Below, one piece after another: positions 1 to 8,329 of a stretch of 45,923 nucleotides of DNA. Positions within the stretch are counted from its first letter, which is position 1. Each line of letters begins with the position of its first letter. The DNA is taken from positions 1 through 45,923 of the IMG/VR virus record IMGVR_UViG_3300045988_112896. One strand, written 5' to 3'. The position numbers and the translations under genes are program-made. The stretch comes from a virus. The notes below the pieces were generated by a model. The model searched no databases. It worked only from the letters and a program-made list of their open reading frames with translations, and was not told the origin of the DNA.

Positions 1-99
1 ACTTTTTTGCCTTAACTCTCCGCTCAATGGTAGCTGCGTACACATCGGGAGAGGGGATATTCCGGCTACAATAGCCATTCAGTGTCATTTGGTGCGGAT
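1..99. repeat. Terminal direct repeat, copy 1 (identical to 45825..45923)
   Basis: Read directly. Nt 1..99 (acttttttgccttaactctcc...catttggtgcggat) recur base for base as the last 99 nt. This is the signature of a circular or circularly permuted molecule opened arbitrarily by an assembler. Confidence 0.95.
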
Positions 100-982
100 A
101 GTAGCTGGCAACATCTTTGTTGCGGATAGAACGAGTTTCACTGGCTTCTTCCTTGTAACAGGGAATAGCACCGTGAATACCACCATAGGCAATCGTGCAG
201 GGACAATCTCCTACCGTAATTTCCAGCTTCTCCTTGAACACCACCTCATTGGGAATGCTCATATCCTTCAACCGGTCAAAAAAGCCGAACACTTCCGGTG
301 GAATATATTGGCGAAGCAACTTGGACGGGTAAACATACTCCCGCTCGTCATAGTGGGGTTTGGCTTCTGCGTCCAAGAACGCAGCAGTCAACTTGGCATT
401 GGTCATATAGAGAGCCTTTGCCGGATAGATGTTCTTCTCCCGTCCCAGGGCCAGCTTGTTTCCAAGATACCCCTGTCGCAGATCGTCAAGCTCATCCGTA
501 GCGTCAACATCGTGGTCACAGTAGAACTCAACCTCGGCCTTTTCTTCCTCGGTCAGAGGACGGTCGATGTTAAAGGACACCGTAGTTTCACGAATATCCA
601 TACCCAGGTGAGCTTCAATCGCTTTCAGGGACAATCCCATCTGACAATCGTCCATCAAGTCATACTGGTCAAAATAGATTCCGCTGTCACGCAAGCCGGG
701 GTGTTCCCACCCCTCATGACCTTGGACAATGATGAAATCATTGACTGCTTTAACCTCTTCCGGGGTATAATCACTGAGGACAGCTCTTAAAATGAACTGG
801 TCATAATGCTTATTGTTGAACCCTGCAAGCAACGGCTCTTGTTCCATGAACTGCTTGACTGCTTCGTTGTCATTCCAAATACGGGTCTTTTCCTTTGTGA
901 CCTTATTCTTGAAAACAAATAGCCAGTCAAATGCGAAAACCTCGCAGTCAAAGATAAACAGATTGTCAAACAGTGGTATCAC
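1..982 (-). CDS. Family B DNA polymerase, N-terminal 3'-5' exonuclease part (gene continues from 45923 across the circular junction)
   Basis: My own translation of the minus frame is open from 985 down to 1. It gives FDNLFIFDCEVFAFDW (ExoI), LLAGFNNKHYDQFIL (ExoII), EFYCDHDVDAT (ExoIII) and DVASYYPHQ (PolB motif A), then joins MTLNGY of ORF 44947..45912. There is an in-frame stop at 986..988. The start is unclear: GTG 980..982 abuts the AGGAGG box, and CTG 971..973 has 8-nt spacing. The + ORF 89..790 is its antisense shadow. Confidence 0.85.
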   Translation of the reverse strand, partial: MIPLFDNLFIFDCEVFAFDWLFVFKNKVTKEKTRIWNDNEAVKQFMEQEPLLAGFNNKHYDQFILRAVLSDYTPEEVKAVNDFIIVQGHEGWEHPGLRDSGIYFDQYDLMDDCQMGLSLKAIEAHLGMDIRETTVSFNIDRPLTEEEKAEVEFYCDHDVDATDELDDLRQGYLGNKLALGREKNIYPAKALYMTNAKLTAAFLDAEAKPHYDEREYVYPSKLLRQYIPPEVFGFFDRLKDMSIPNEVVFKEKLEITVGDCPCTIAYGGIHGAIPCYKEEASETRSIRNKDVASYYPHQMTLNGYCSRNIPSPDVYAATIERRVKAKK

Positions 983-2366
983 CTCCTAAAATATGATTTA
1001 GATACCTCTCGGCAAGAACTTCCTGAACACCTTCCATGATGTAAAGCATACAGGGGAATGCCATTCCGTTACCCCACATTTTGTATTCAACGGAGTCTTT
1101 GTGAGGAACTAAGGCACACCAATTTTTCTCAAATCCTTGAAGAGAAGCACATTCTGTTGGTGTTAGTTTTCTGGCAAGATAGATAATCTCTCCCTTTTCT
1201 GTTTCCATAGGAACAAACAAAGTTTGGTCATTTCCGCAAGCCAGTGTTGCACTTTTGTCTTTCTGTATCAAAGCACCTTTACCCCCCCTCACAACCTGAT
1301 CGAATTTTCAGTGTGTAAGGGATTAAAGCACACGGAAGATGAATATGGTCGTTCTTGGAAGCACATATTGTCATGGCTGTTTCTCCCGTAATGGAGTGAG
1401 AGTGGAAATCGACACCGATTGAAGCACGATTACCTCTGTTCCCCCCCCATATTTCCTCCACTAGCCTTTAGGGTCGGAGCTTTATCCTCATTTTGATATT
1501 GTTCATACGACTTTTGGCTAAATGCCGGTACAAGTATCAGAGGGACATTCCCCCCCTGTACCCATTCTTCCGGCAAGGGTTTGCACGATTCCATCTGATC
1601 TGAGGGTAACTCGGCAATCTTGAGCGTGGTTTTCAACTGCGTAAACGCTATTGTGTTCAATAATGCCTGTTTCAGCAAAGGGTCTAACGGTTTTCCACGC
1701 CGTTCTGACCTTCGTAAAATCCCTTCGCAAGCCCTCTCGCTTAAAAAGTATTTCTGCGGCACATTGTCCTCCAAGATCGAGGACAAGGAACACACGCTTG
1801 CGTCTTTGGGCGACTCCCCAAAATTGAGCGTCAAGTCCTCTCCAAGCGATAGAGGAATGATCTCCCACGATGAACCCCCGTTTCGGCCATTTTTGCCGTC
1901 CAAATCGGTCTTCCTCATATCGAGGAACGCTATCGTCTCCTTCACAGATTTGCCAGAGGGTTTCGAGGACTGTTCGGAAGTCTTCGCCCTGTGTCGAGCT
2001 AAAAGCTCCGTAAACATTTTCCCAAATTGCGATCTGCGGGTATCTCCCATTGGTCGCACACCTCATTTCTCTGATAATCCTGACCGCTTCAAGGAACAAA
2101 CTGGACTGCTCACCAGCAAGTCCTTTTCTGTTCCCGGCAATGGACAGGTTTTGGCAAGGCGACCCAAAAGTGATAACATCGACAGGCTCTATCTTCCCGC
2201 CGTCCATCTTGGTAATATCGCCAAGATGTTTCATCTTCGGAAACCGAGACTGAGTGACAGCCATCGGAAAAGGCTCAATCTCACTCGCCCATGCTGGTAT
2301 GATACCAACAACAGAAGCGGCGAGGGGACAAGTACCGCTACCATCGAACAAGCTGCCCAATTTCAC
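966..2366 (-). pseudogene. DNA (cytosine-5)-methyltransferase; reading frame broken three times at poly-G tracts (coding strand)
   Basis: Four consecutive minus-strand pieces make up the gene. Frame of 1518..2420: FDGSG (motif I), GSPCQ (motif IV), ENV (motif VI). Frame of 1430..2059: GGNVPLILVPAF...APTLKASGGNMGG. Frame of 1279..1461: NRGNRASIGVDF...TLKIRSGCEGG. Frame of 966..1292: KGALIQ...RKLTPTECASLQGF, GNGMAFP. The junctions coincide with printed-strand runs C7 1550..1556, C8 1441..1448 and C7 1282..1288. The likely start is GTG 2366, 7 nt after AGGAGG (VKLGSLFDGSG). Confidence 0.85.
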
Positions 2367-2377
2367 CTTGTCACCTC

Positions 2378-3775
2378 CTATTCCATTATTTTGCACCCAC
2401 ATTTCCGGTAAGTGGTACACCGTTTCTTGTAGCTGCGAATGAGATACTGAATACCGTTGTCCACATAATCGTAGGCAATCGGCTCACCCTTACCCTCAAA
2501 GGTTCTTGCAATCCGGCCTATACTCTGAGCTACTACCGCATAATCTTTCTGGGGAGTGGTAAGATAAAGCCGGTCAAGCCGGGGAATGTCCAACCCCTCT
2601 TTTGCGAGAGAATAGGTTGCAAAGAGATACCGTTTCTTACCGGCTCTCATATCAGCCAGGGCTTGTTCCCGCTTTGCCTTTCCCTTTTTGGAGGTCATCT
2701 TACCGTCAACCATGACCGCTTGCGCTCTCAACTGCTTCGGCAAATGGTTCATCAGGTATTCAAGGTGAGCCAGACGGTCAGACAGGATAAGATTGTAGTG
2801 GTCAGAGTTCAACATGAGATCACCAACAATCAGTGCATTTCTGCAAAAATCCTCGACCAAATAATTGACCAGCTTGGCATAGATAATGGTTCCATCGGTA
2901 TCAAGGAACTCTTTGCTTAAACCCACCTTAGTAGGCCGTGGCAAAACTGTTACTTGCATGATCTTGTCGGCAACAGCTTCGTCCGGCACCTGATAGGCAA
3001 TCTTACCGAGCAACGCATAGGTGGCGGCAATCATACCGTCTGCTCTGTGAACCGTAGCGGACAAGCCGTATTTGTGACGAGCTGCCAGAGCATTCAGGAC
3101 TTTTGAGAACTGAGTGACAGCGGTAGGAGTACCGGCTACTCTGTGACACTCGTCCACAATCACGCAATCCCAGGTGTCCTTATATCTCTCAAGGTCGAGA
3201 TTACACATGGTCTGTACCGTGGCGAAAGTGATACCCTTTCCGATATGAACCCGGCCCTCTGTGATCGTCCCGGTAAGAGCCGAATCCATGTACTGCTCTG
3301 CACGATTTTTACTCTGAATGAGCAAATCTCTCGTGTGAGTCAACCAGAGGGTTTTTCTCCCGATTGCACAGGCCAGAGCAATTCCAATTTGCGTCTTTCC
3401 GCTTCCTGCCGGACTTTGCAAAATCCCGTAGTAAGCGGATAACATAGCGGCCATAGCGTCATGCTGGTAATCATACAGGGGAATACTGCACCCGAAATTG
3501 ACCTCTGTCGGAGTGGGCAAATCGTTTATCACTTCGCAATCCCCAAAGCCAAGAACCGTGTTCAAACAGCCATAGGGGAGAACCAGAGTGTCACCGTCCA
3601 ATTGCATGAGATATAGCTTTTCAGGGGTCTTGCCCAGCCACAGATTCATACGGGCTTTCCGGGCATAATCCGGGTTTTTCAACACCAGATTTTTCTTGCA
3701 CCAACCGATAAGCTCCTGAGACGGATTGACGATTTTGAGCTGGTTGGAAACAATCAACCGCATTTCGACACCCAC
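2378..3775 (-). CDS. SF2 DEAD/DEAH-box DNA helicase
   Basis: 465-aa ORF with Walker A SPAGSGKT, DEAH-type box VDECH and an SAT motif (GLSAT). The C-terminal helicase domain includes QSIGRIAR. Confidence 0.85.
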   Translation of the reverse strand: MGVEMRLIVSNQLKIVNPSQELIGWCKKNLVLKNPDYARKARMNLWLGKTPEKLYLMQLDGDTLVLPYGCLNTVLGFGDCEVINDLPTPTEVNFGCSIPLYDYQHDAMAAMLSAYYGILQSPAGSGKTQIGIALACAIGRKTLWLTHTRDLLIQSKNRAEQYMDSALTGTITEGRVHIGKGITFATVQTMCNLDLERYKDTWDCVIVDECHRVAGTPTAVTQFSKVLNALAARHKYGLSATVHRADGMIAATYALLGKIAYQVPDEAVADKIMQVTVLPRPTKVGLSKEFLDTDGTIIYAKLVNYLVEDFCRNALIVGDLMLNSDHYNLILSDRLAHLEYLMNHLPKQLRAQAVMVDGKMTSKKGKAKREQALADMRAGKKRYLFATYSLAKEGLDIPRLDRLYLTTPQKDYAVVAQSIGRIARTFEGKGEPIAYDYVDNGIQYLIRSYKKRCTTYRKCGCKIME

Positions 3776-4170
3776 TCTTTCAGGGTAATTCCGAACTGCC
3801 TGATTTCAGACCAGTAAAGGCTTTTCCTGGTAAGCATGGCTCTCTCCATGTCTTCAAAGGAAATGAACCAAACTTCTCCGTTGGTCATTCTGAGGGCGAA
3901 CCACCCTTCTCCGTTGCCGGTCTGCCGCCAGAGGGTCATAGCGGAATACTGATTTTCCTCCACCCGTTCCAGACGGAAAATGTCTTTCTCACACACTTTG
4001 CAGTCAATCGGATAGGTATGACCGTTCTTAGCGGCAATCACATCGAAAGGCTGCCCCTGACTGTTCTGAGCAAGGTTGTGTGCCCAAAACCCATAACCGT
4101 AAAGGCTCAGGCACAATTCCTTTTCAAAACAGGTACCAATCTTACGGTTAGTGTTCGTCATGGAAATCAC
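3754..4170 (-). CDS. Holliday-junction resolvase (RecU/Hjc-like nuclease fold)
   Basis: 138-aa ORF. GTCFEKEL...GFWAHNL...PFDVIAAKNGHTYPIDCKV resembles the resolvase core (E...D...E/D-x-K). It sits next to the helicase in the replication module. Confidence 0.6.
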   Translation of the reverse strand: MISMTNTNRKIGTCFEKELCLSLYGYGFWAHNLAQNSQGQPFDVIAAKNGHTYPIDCKVCEKDIFRLERVEENQYSAMTLWRQTGNGEGWFALRMTNGEVWFISFEDMERAMLTRKSLYWSEIRQFGITLKEWVSKCG

Positions 4171-4396
4171 TCTCCAATTCTACAATTTTCTGCTTCAAAG
4201 AGAGGATTTCTGCTTTTAACTCATTGATGGTCTGACCTCGTTCTTCGGCAATTTCATCAGCGAGTTTTTCCATAGACCGGAAATACTTTACCGCTTCATA
4301 ACCCATGTATTTTTCCATGAGATATTCAAAATCTCGAACGGAAAACGGGGTTTCATTCTTGCCGTCCTTCAAGGTGAGAACCAGAGGATATTGCAT
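4148..4396 (-). CDS. Hypothetical protein (82 aa, coiled-coil C-terminus)
   Basis: ORF 4148..4480 trimmed to the internal ATG at 4396 (MQYPLVLTLKDG), which follows GGAAGGAGGAAG. The upstream part of the tracked ORF overlaps the DGR hairpin and VR2. Confidence 0.6.
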   Translation of the reverse strand: MQYPLVLTLKDGKNETPFSVRDFEYLMEKYMGYEAVKYFRSMEKLADEIAEERGQTINELKAEILSLKQKIVELESDFHDEH

Positions 4397-4412
4397 ACTT
4401 CCTCCTTCCTCA

Positions 4413-4430
4413 CCGCCCCTTCCGGGGCGG
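4413..4430 (-). promoter_or_regulatory. GC-rich hairpin 19 nt downstream of the VR2 stop codon (DGR target-recognition-type element)
   Basis: The printed strand reads ccgcccc-ttcc-ggggcgg: a 7-bp GC stem with a 4-nt loop. An almost identical hairpin lies at 13458..13477, downstream of VR1. Confidence 0.7.
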
Positions 4431-4449
4431 GATTGATACGGATTGTGGA

Positions 4450-5247
4450 TTAAACGCAGAAGCCGAAGGACACGCCACAACTGTGGGCGGCGCCGTAATA
4501 GTTGGCGTTGCCGTCACAGTTGACACCGCAGAAGTTGTCGGTGTCGCCGCTACGAGGAGAACGCTCCCACCGCAAATCCCGCTCACCGTTCTGCTTGCAC
4601 TTCCCGTACTCAGTGTTCTCCTGACGGTACCAGTCATACCACCGGCCCTCACCGCCCATGGAGTAAATCTTGCGTCCGAAAATCTCCTGCTCAGACAGGA
4701 TAAAGAGCTTGTCCACGGTTTCACCCATCTTGGGTTCCTTCCCGCCAGTTCCGGTCAGCTTGGAAGTGGGTTTGATGACGGCTTGCAGATCGGAAGGAAG
4801 GTCATTGAACACGGTATTGTTCAGCTTCTTGCGGAGAGCCGAATCCTTCCAGCCGCCCTTGTTGGTAAACTCGTCATTCATGGACATATCCTCGTTCAGC
4901 GTCTCCACGCACTCGAACGAAATGGGATTGATCTGGCCGTTGTTGCTGAAATCGTGATTGAAGCCGATGATACGCGCCGTCAGAACAGTGCCGTCATGCA
5001 GGAAGAAGCTCTTGGTGTCTCCCAGGTCAAACACCTTGTCAGCCATACCGGACTGAGCGTACATGGCAATCTCGGCCCAGGAACAATCTTCCAATTTCAG
5101 CTTGGGCAGATTGACCGCAGACTGGTCGAAACCGCAGGGACAAACGGTTTTCTGAGCAGTAGCCGCCTTGATGATCTGGCTCTGGAACGCAATGGTCTTT
5201 TCCATTTTTTCAAACTCAGCCGCAAGGCGAGAAATACACTCGTTCAT
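4450..5247 (-). CDS. DGR target protein 2 (remote target; C-terminal hypervariable lectin-like domain)
   Basis: The C-terminus WERSPRSGDTDNFCGVNCDGNANYYGAAHSCGVSFGFCV carries VR2. About 200 aa are homologous to target 1 (GDTK, IIGFNHD, GGW, DKLFxLSExEIFG). The chosen start is ATG 5247 (MNECISR), 6 nt after AAGGAG. The tracked ORF extends to 5466. Confidence 0.85.
   Translation of the reverse strand: MNECISRLAAEFEKMEKTIAFQSQIIKAATAQKTVCPCGFDQSAVNLPKLKLEDCSWAEIAMYAQSGMADKVFDLGDTKSFFLHDGTVLTARIIGFNHDFSNNGQINPISFECVETLNEDMSMNDEFTNKGGWKDSALRKKLNNTVFNDLPSDLQAVIKPTSKLTGTGGKEPKMGETVDKLFILSEQEIFGRKIYSMGGEGRWYDWYRQENTEYGKCKQNGERDLRWERSPRSGDTDNFCGVNCDGNANYYGAAHSCGVSFGFCV
4463..4571 (-). repeat. DGR variable repeat 2 (VR2)
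   Basis: My hand alignment of this 109 nt to TR 12851..12959 gives 16 mismatches. Every mismatch is at a printed-strand T of the TR, which is an A on the coding strand. Confidence 0.9.
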
Positions 5248-5260
5248 AAAAATCTCCTTT

Positions 5261-5524
5261 TCAATCATGGAAATGTTTGTTATAATCAGGTTGAGCTTTT
5301 GCGCTTGCCGTCTTTCGGTCTGCATACCGAGGACGGCTTTTTCTTTTATAGGGATAGGGGTCAAATGCGCCGGACAGCTTGCAAAACACATAGAAACAGG
5401 TAAGAGAAATGACCATATAGATCGTTCCCGTTCCAAGGGGAATAGTGTTCTGTTCAACGCCACCAACTACACCTAAGAGCCAGAAAAACGAGAAGAACGA
5501 TAGAACTCCAAAAACCTTTTTCAT
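5261..5524 (-). CDS. Small membrane protein (two predicted TM helices)
   Basis: 87-aa ORF MKKVFGVLSFFSFFWLLGVVGG...IYMVISLTCFYVFCKL with a basic C-terminus. It has an ATGA overlap with the upstream small ORF. Confidence 0.6.
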   Translation of the reverse strand: MKKVFGVLSFFSFFWLLGVVGGVEQNTIPLGTGTIYMVISLTCFYVFCKLSGAFDPYPYKRKSRPRYADRKTASAKAQPDYNKHFHD

Positions 5525-5682
5525 TCACTCACCTTCTTCCAGGCATATTGCTTGCCGTGTTTTTGCCGATACCAATTTTCAAACTCGGCTCGATGACTGC
5601 TGTCTTTGAAGTAGTCCCTGACTCTTTGAACCAACAACAGGCTTGCGGCTCTGGCCTGGGCTTGCTTTTCAGGTACGAACAC
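5521..5682 (-). CDS. Hypothetical small protein (about 53 aa; below the ORF-track cutoff)
   Basis: My own translation reads ...EKQAQARAASLLLVQRVRDYFKDSSHRAEFENWYRQKHGKQYAWKKVSE. It has a GTG start 6 nt after GGGAG, and its stop overlaps the next ATG (ATGA). Confidence 0.4.
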   Translation of the reverse strand: MFVPEKQAQARAASLLLVQRVRDYFKDSSHRAEFENWYRQKHGKQYAWKKVSE

Positions 5683-5684
5683 AC

Positions 5685-5984
5685 TCACGGCTCCCGGCAC
5701 AACCCCATGCGTTCCTGATACTCACGGAGAATGTCAAGGGAACGGCGCAGAATTTCATCGGCCTTACAACCGGTACGGACACAGGAGAGTGTTGCAGACA
5801 TTTCAAACTTGTCCGTGATAAGACCTTCATCGGACAACCGGCGAATGAGCCAGGTATAGGTCAAGCTCGAATCTACCACCATTTCTCTGATCTGTTCCGC
5901 ATACTTGGTTCTTTCCTGTTCCGTAAGCCGGACAACCGGAGCGTCAGGAGTCCAGTAGGGACGAGGGGTAGGGGTTCCCGCCAT
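5685..5984 (-). CDS. First early-operon protein (possible regulator), hypothetical
   Basis: 99-aa ORF preceded by AAAGGAGG. It is the first gene downstream of the strong leftward promoter. No motif was recognised with confidence. Confidence 0.6.
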   Translation of the reverse strand: MAGTPTPRPYWTPDAPVVRLTEQERTKYAEQIREMVVDSSLTYTWLIRRLSDEGLITDKFEMSATLSCVRTGCKADEILRRSLDILREYQERMGLCREP

Positions 5985-6188
5985 TAAAGCGACCTCCTTT
6001 CTCTAATTTACAACTAAAGTTAGAAATAATCCTTGCCTACTAAAATCGCTTATGCTATACTGAACTTGCCACAGGACAATAAGCATTAGAGATTTTCTTT
6101 TGACACAGGAGCCGGATTCCTTTTTGAAAAGAGGAATTTGACCCCTCGGATTAGTGTTGCCTGTTTTCTAACTTTCGTTGTTGTAATG

Positions 6189-6217
6189 AGTATATCTCAC
6201 CACAGTAAGATTGTCAA
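6189..6217 (-). promoter_or_regulatory. Leftward early promoter (sigma-70 type)
   Basis: The minus strand reads TTGACA (6217..6212), a 17-nt spacer, then TATACT (6194..6189). It faces the early operon and lies in the divergent region next to the repressor gene. Confidence 0.7.
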
Positions 6218-6256
6218 TAGGGAAATCTCACTTTAGTAAAATTTTTGGAGGTATTT

Positions 6257-6619
6257 ATGTTTTGGGAGAGATTTTCTGAGGAATGTTCTCTGAAAGGTGT
6301 AAAACCAAATCAAATAATCTCTGAAATTAAGGTTTCTTCTGGGACATTGACGAAATGGAAAAACGGAACCTTACCGAGTGCAGAAAATCTAATAACGCTT
6401 TCATCTTACTTTGGTGTAACTATTGATTATCTACTCGGATTATCTGAAAAAGTAACTCTCAAAGATCGCTTGTTTTCTCAATCCTCATTAAATGAACAAG
6501 AAACGGAGTTAGTTAATTTATTCCGTTCTTGTGAACCATCTGTGCAATTTCAGGTAATTCATATAATGATGACGGAAAAAGAAAAAACAGACTCTACGAA
6601 AAAGTCTGCTATCGGATAA
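6257..6619 (+). CDS. XRE-family HTH transcriptional regulator (CI-like repressor candidate)
   Basis: ISEIKVSSGTLTKWKNGTLPSAENLITLSSYFGVTIDYLLG is a typical XRE helix-turn-helix. ATG 6257 lies 7 nt after GGAGG. The gene is divergent from the early operon and upstream of the integrase. Confidence 0.8.
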   Translation: MFWERFSEECSLKGVKPNQIISEIKVSSGTLTKWKNGTLPSAENLITLSSYFGVTIDYLLGLSEKVTLKDRLFSQSSLNEQETELVNLFRSCEPSVQFQVIHIMMTEKEKTDSTKKSAIG

Positions 6620-6637
6620 AGTTATTGACCTGAGTGA

Positions 6638-8308
6638 GTGGAGAAAGACATTATGAAAAGCATGAAATTTCCGATTGACCTCTCTATGCTGACTGAAGAA
6701 GAAATAGACCAATTCCGACAAGACCCCAGCACTCTTTTTGAGGGGGATACCGATGTATCTCTATATCTTCGATTCAGCTCTGAAAGACAGCGTGAACAAT
6801 CCATTGAGGGCCAACTTCGGGACTGCCGTTCCTTCTGTAAAGTAAACCGATACCGCATAGCTGCCATCTATGTTGACCGGGCCACAACCGCCAGGAAAGA
6901 TGTAGAGAAGCGTATTCACTTCCAAGAAATGATACGGGACAGCGAGAAGAAACCTTGGAAGTATGTTATAGTGTGGAAGTTAGACCGATTTGCCAGGAAC
7001 CGAACAGACAGTGCCTTATTCAAATTCCGACTCAGGAAAAATGGTGTTCGTGTAATCTCAGCCACAGAAGCTATCTCCGAAAAGCCGGAAGGTATCATTC
7101 TTGAAGCTGTTCTGGAAGGTATGGCTGAATTCTATTCCGCTGACCTCTCACAAAAGATCACCAGGGGAATGAGAGAATCTGCCTTGAAGTGTCACAGCAT
7201 TGGTGGTCATGTTCCTCTCGGCTACAAGATTGAGGATCACAAGCTCGTTGTTGACCCGAACACAGCTCATATCGTACAGGAAGCCTTTCAGCTATATGCC
7301 AACGGAGAGACTGTTGCTGAAATATGCCGTATGTTCAATACCAAAGGTTACCGGACAGCCAAAGGTGCTGAATTCAACCGGAACAGTTTCAAGTCCATGT
7401 TCCGCAACGAAAGGTACATTGGGGTTTACACCTACCGTGATATTCGCATTGAGGGCGGGGTTCCGGCCATCATTGACAAGGAATTATTTGAAACGGTATC
7501 TCATAGGCTCTCAGTCAACGCAGAAGCCCCGGCAAGGGGTAAGGCTAAGGTAGATTACCTCTTAGCCGGAAAGCTCTTCTGCGGCCATTGTGGAGGGTCT
7601 ATGAACGGGGAAAGCGGAACCAGCAAAACCAGAGCCATTCATAACTATTACACCTGTTACTCTCGGAAGCGTCATCATTCCTGCGACAAGCGTCCTTTGA
7701 AGAAAGAATGGATAGAACGGATTGTTGCACAAGACGCAATGGAACTCATGACCGATGAAGTCATTGAAGAGCTGGCTGATATGGCTATGGCTCAGACAGA
7801 TCAGGACTTGAAAGAGAATACCCGTATCCCGGAACTGACTGAGCGGAAGAAAGAAATAGAGAGCGGAATTGCCAACATCACAAAGGCCATCGAAAAAGGC
7901 ATTGCTTCTGACTCTTTAATGGAGCGGCTTGTAGAGCTGGAAAAAGACAAAAAGAAAATCCTCCGTCTATTGGAGGAAGAAGAAAAGTATGTGTGCCGGA
8001 TTGACCGGGAACAAATCATATTCTGGCTTGAGAAGTTCAAGGGTGGTAACCTGGAAGATGAAGGGTTTAGAAGAATTATCATTGACCTCATAGTGAACTC
8101 TGTCACGGTCTGGGACGAGCCTGACGGCTTTCGTATCACTACCGCATACAATTTGACCTCTTGTAAAAACAAGACATACCGGGTTTCCCCTTCTTCCGGG
8201 AAGGGGTTCGGATTTGAGGGGTCAGAGTCCACCATTGAGCGCAAATCCGAACCCTACATTGTTTGGGGTACGGTATTTGTGCAAACGAAAAGACACACCT
8301 TACCATAA
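6638..8308 (+). CDS. int: Large serine recombinase (phage integrase)
   Basis: The N-terminal resolvase domain reads YLRFSSERQREQSIEGQ...WKLDRFARN. It is followed by a recombinase domain, a Cys-rich zinc ribbon (CGHCGG...CYSRKRHHSC) and a coiled coil. The start may be ATG 6653. Confidence 0.9.
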   Translation: MEKDIMKSMKFPIDLSMLTEEEIDQFRQDPSTLFEGDTDVSLYLRFSSERQREQSIEGQLRDCRSFCKVNRYRIAAIYVDRATTARKDVEKRIHFQEMIRDSEKKPWKYVIVWKLDRFARNRTDSALFKFRLRKNGVRVISATEAISEKPEGIILEAVLEGMAEFYSADLSQKITRGMRESALKCHSIGGHVPLGYKIEDHKLVVDPNTAHIVQEAFQLYANGETVAEICRMFNTKGYRTAKGAEFNRNSFKSMFRNERYIGVYTYRDIRIEGGVPAIIDKELFETVSHRLSVNAEAPARGKAKVDYLLAGKLFCGHCGGSMNGESGTSKTRAIHNYYTCYSRKRHHSCDKRPLKKEWIERIVAQDAMELMTDEVIEELADMAMAQTDQDLKENTRIPELTERKKEIESGIANITKAIEKGIASDSLMERLVELEKDKKKILRLLEEEEKYVCRIDREQIIFWLEKFKGGNLEDEGFRRIIIDLIVNSVTVWDEPDGFRITTAYNLTSCKNKTYRVSPSSGKGFGFEGSESTIERKSEPYIVWGTVFVQTKRHTLP

Positions 8309-8329
8309 TCGGTAGGGTGTGTCTCTTTT
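8288..8329. terminator. Imperfect 17-bp inverted repeat between convergent genes (bidirectional terminator; also an attP candidate)
   Basis: aaaagacacaccttacc-ataatc-ggtagggtgtgtctctttt, with an A run on one side and a T run on the other. It overlaps the integrase stop codon. Confidence 0.6.

Noticed and set aside
89-790. 233-aa + strand ORF at the window start
   Set aside because: It shares codon register with the minus-strand PolB exonuclease domain, whose translation shows clear ExoI-III motifs. It has no RBS and low-complexity content. It is an antisense shadow.
1279-2059. ORFs 1430..2059 and 1279..1461 as independent genes
   Set aside because: Only their 3' or 5' parts carry methyltransferase-like sequence, and those parts continue the neighbouring frames at poly-G tracts. 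They are frames of one interrupted C5-MTase gene.
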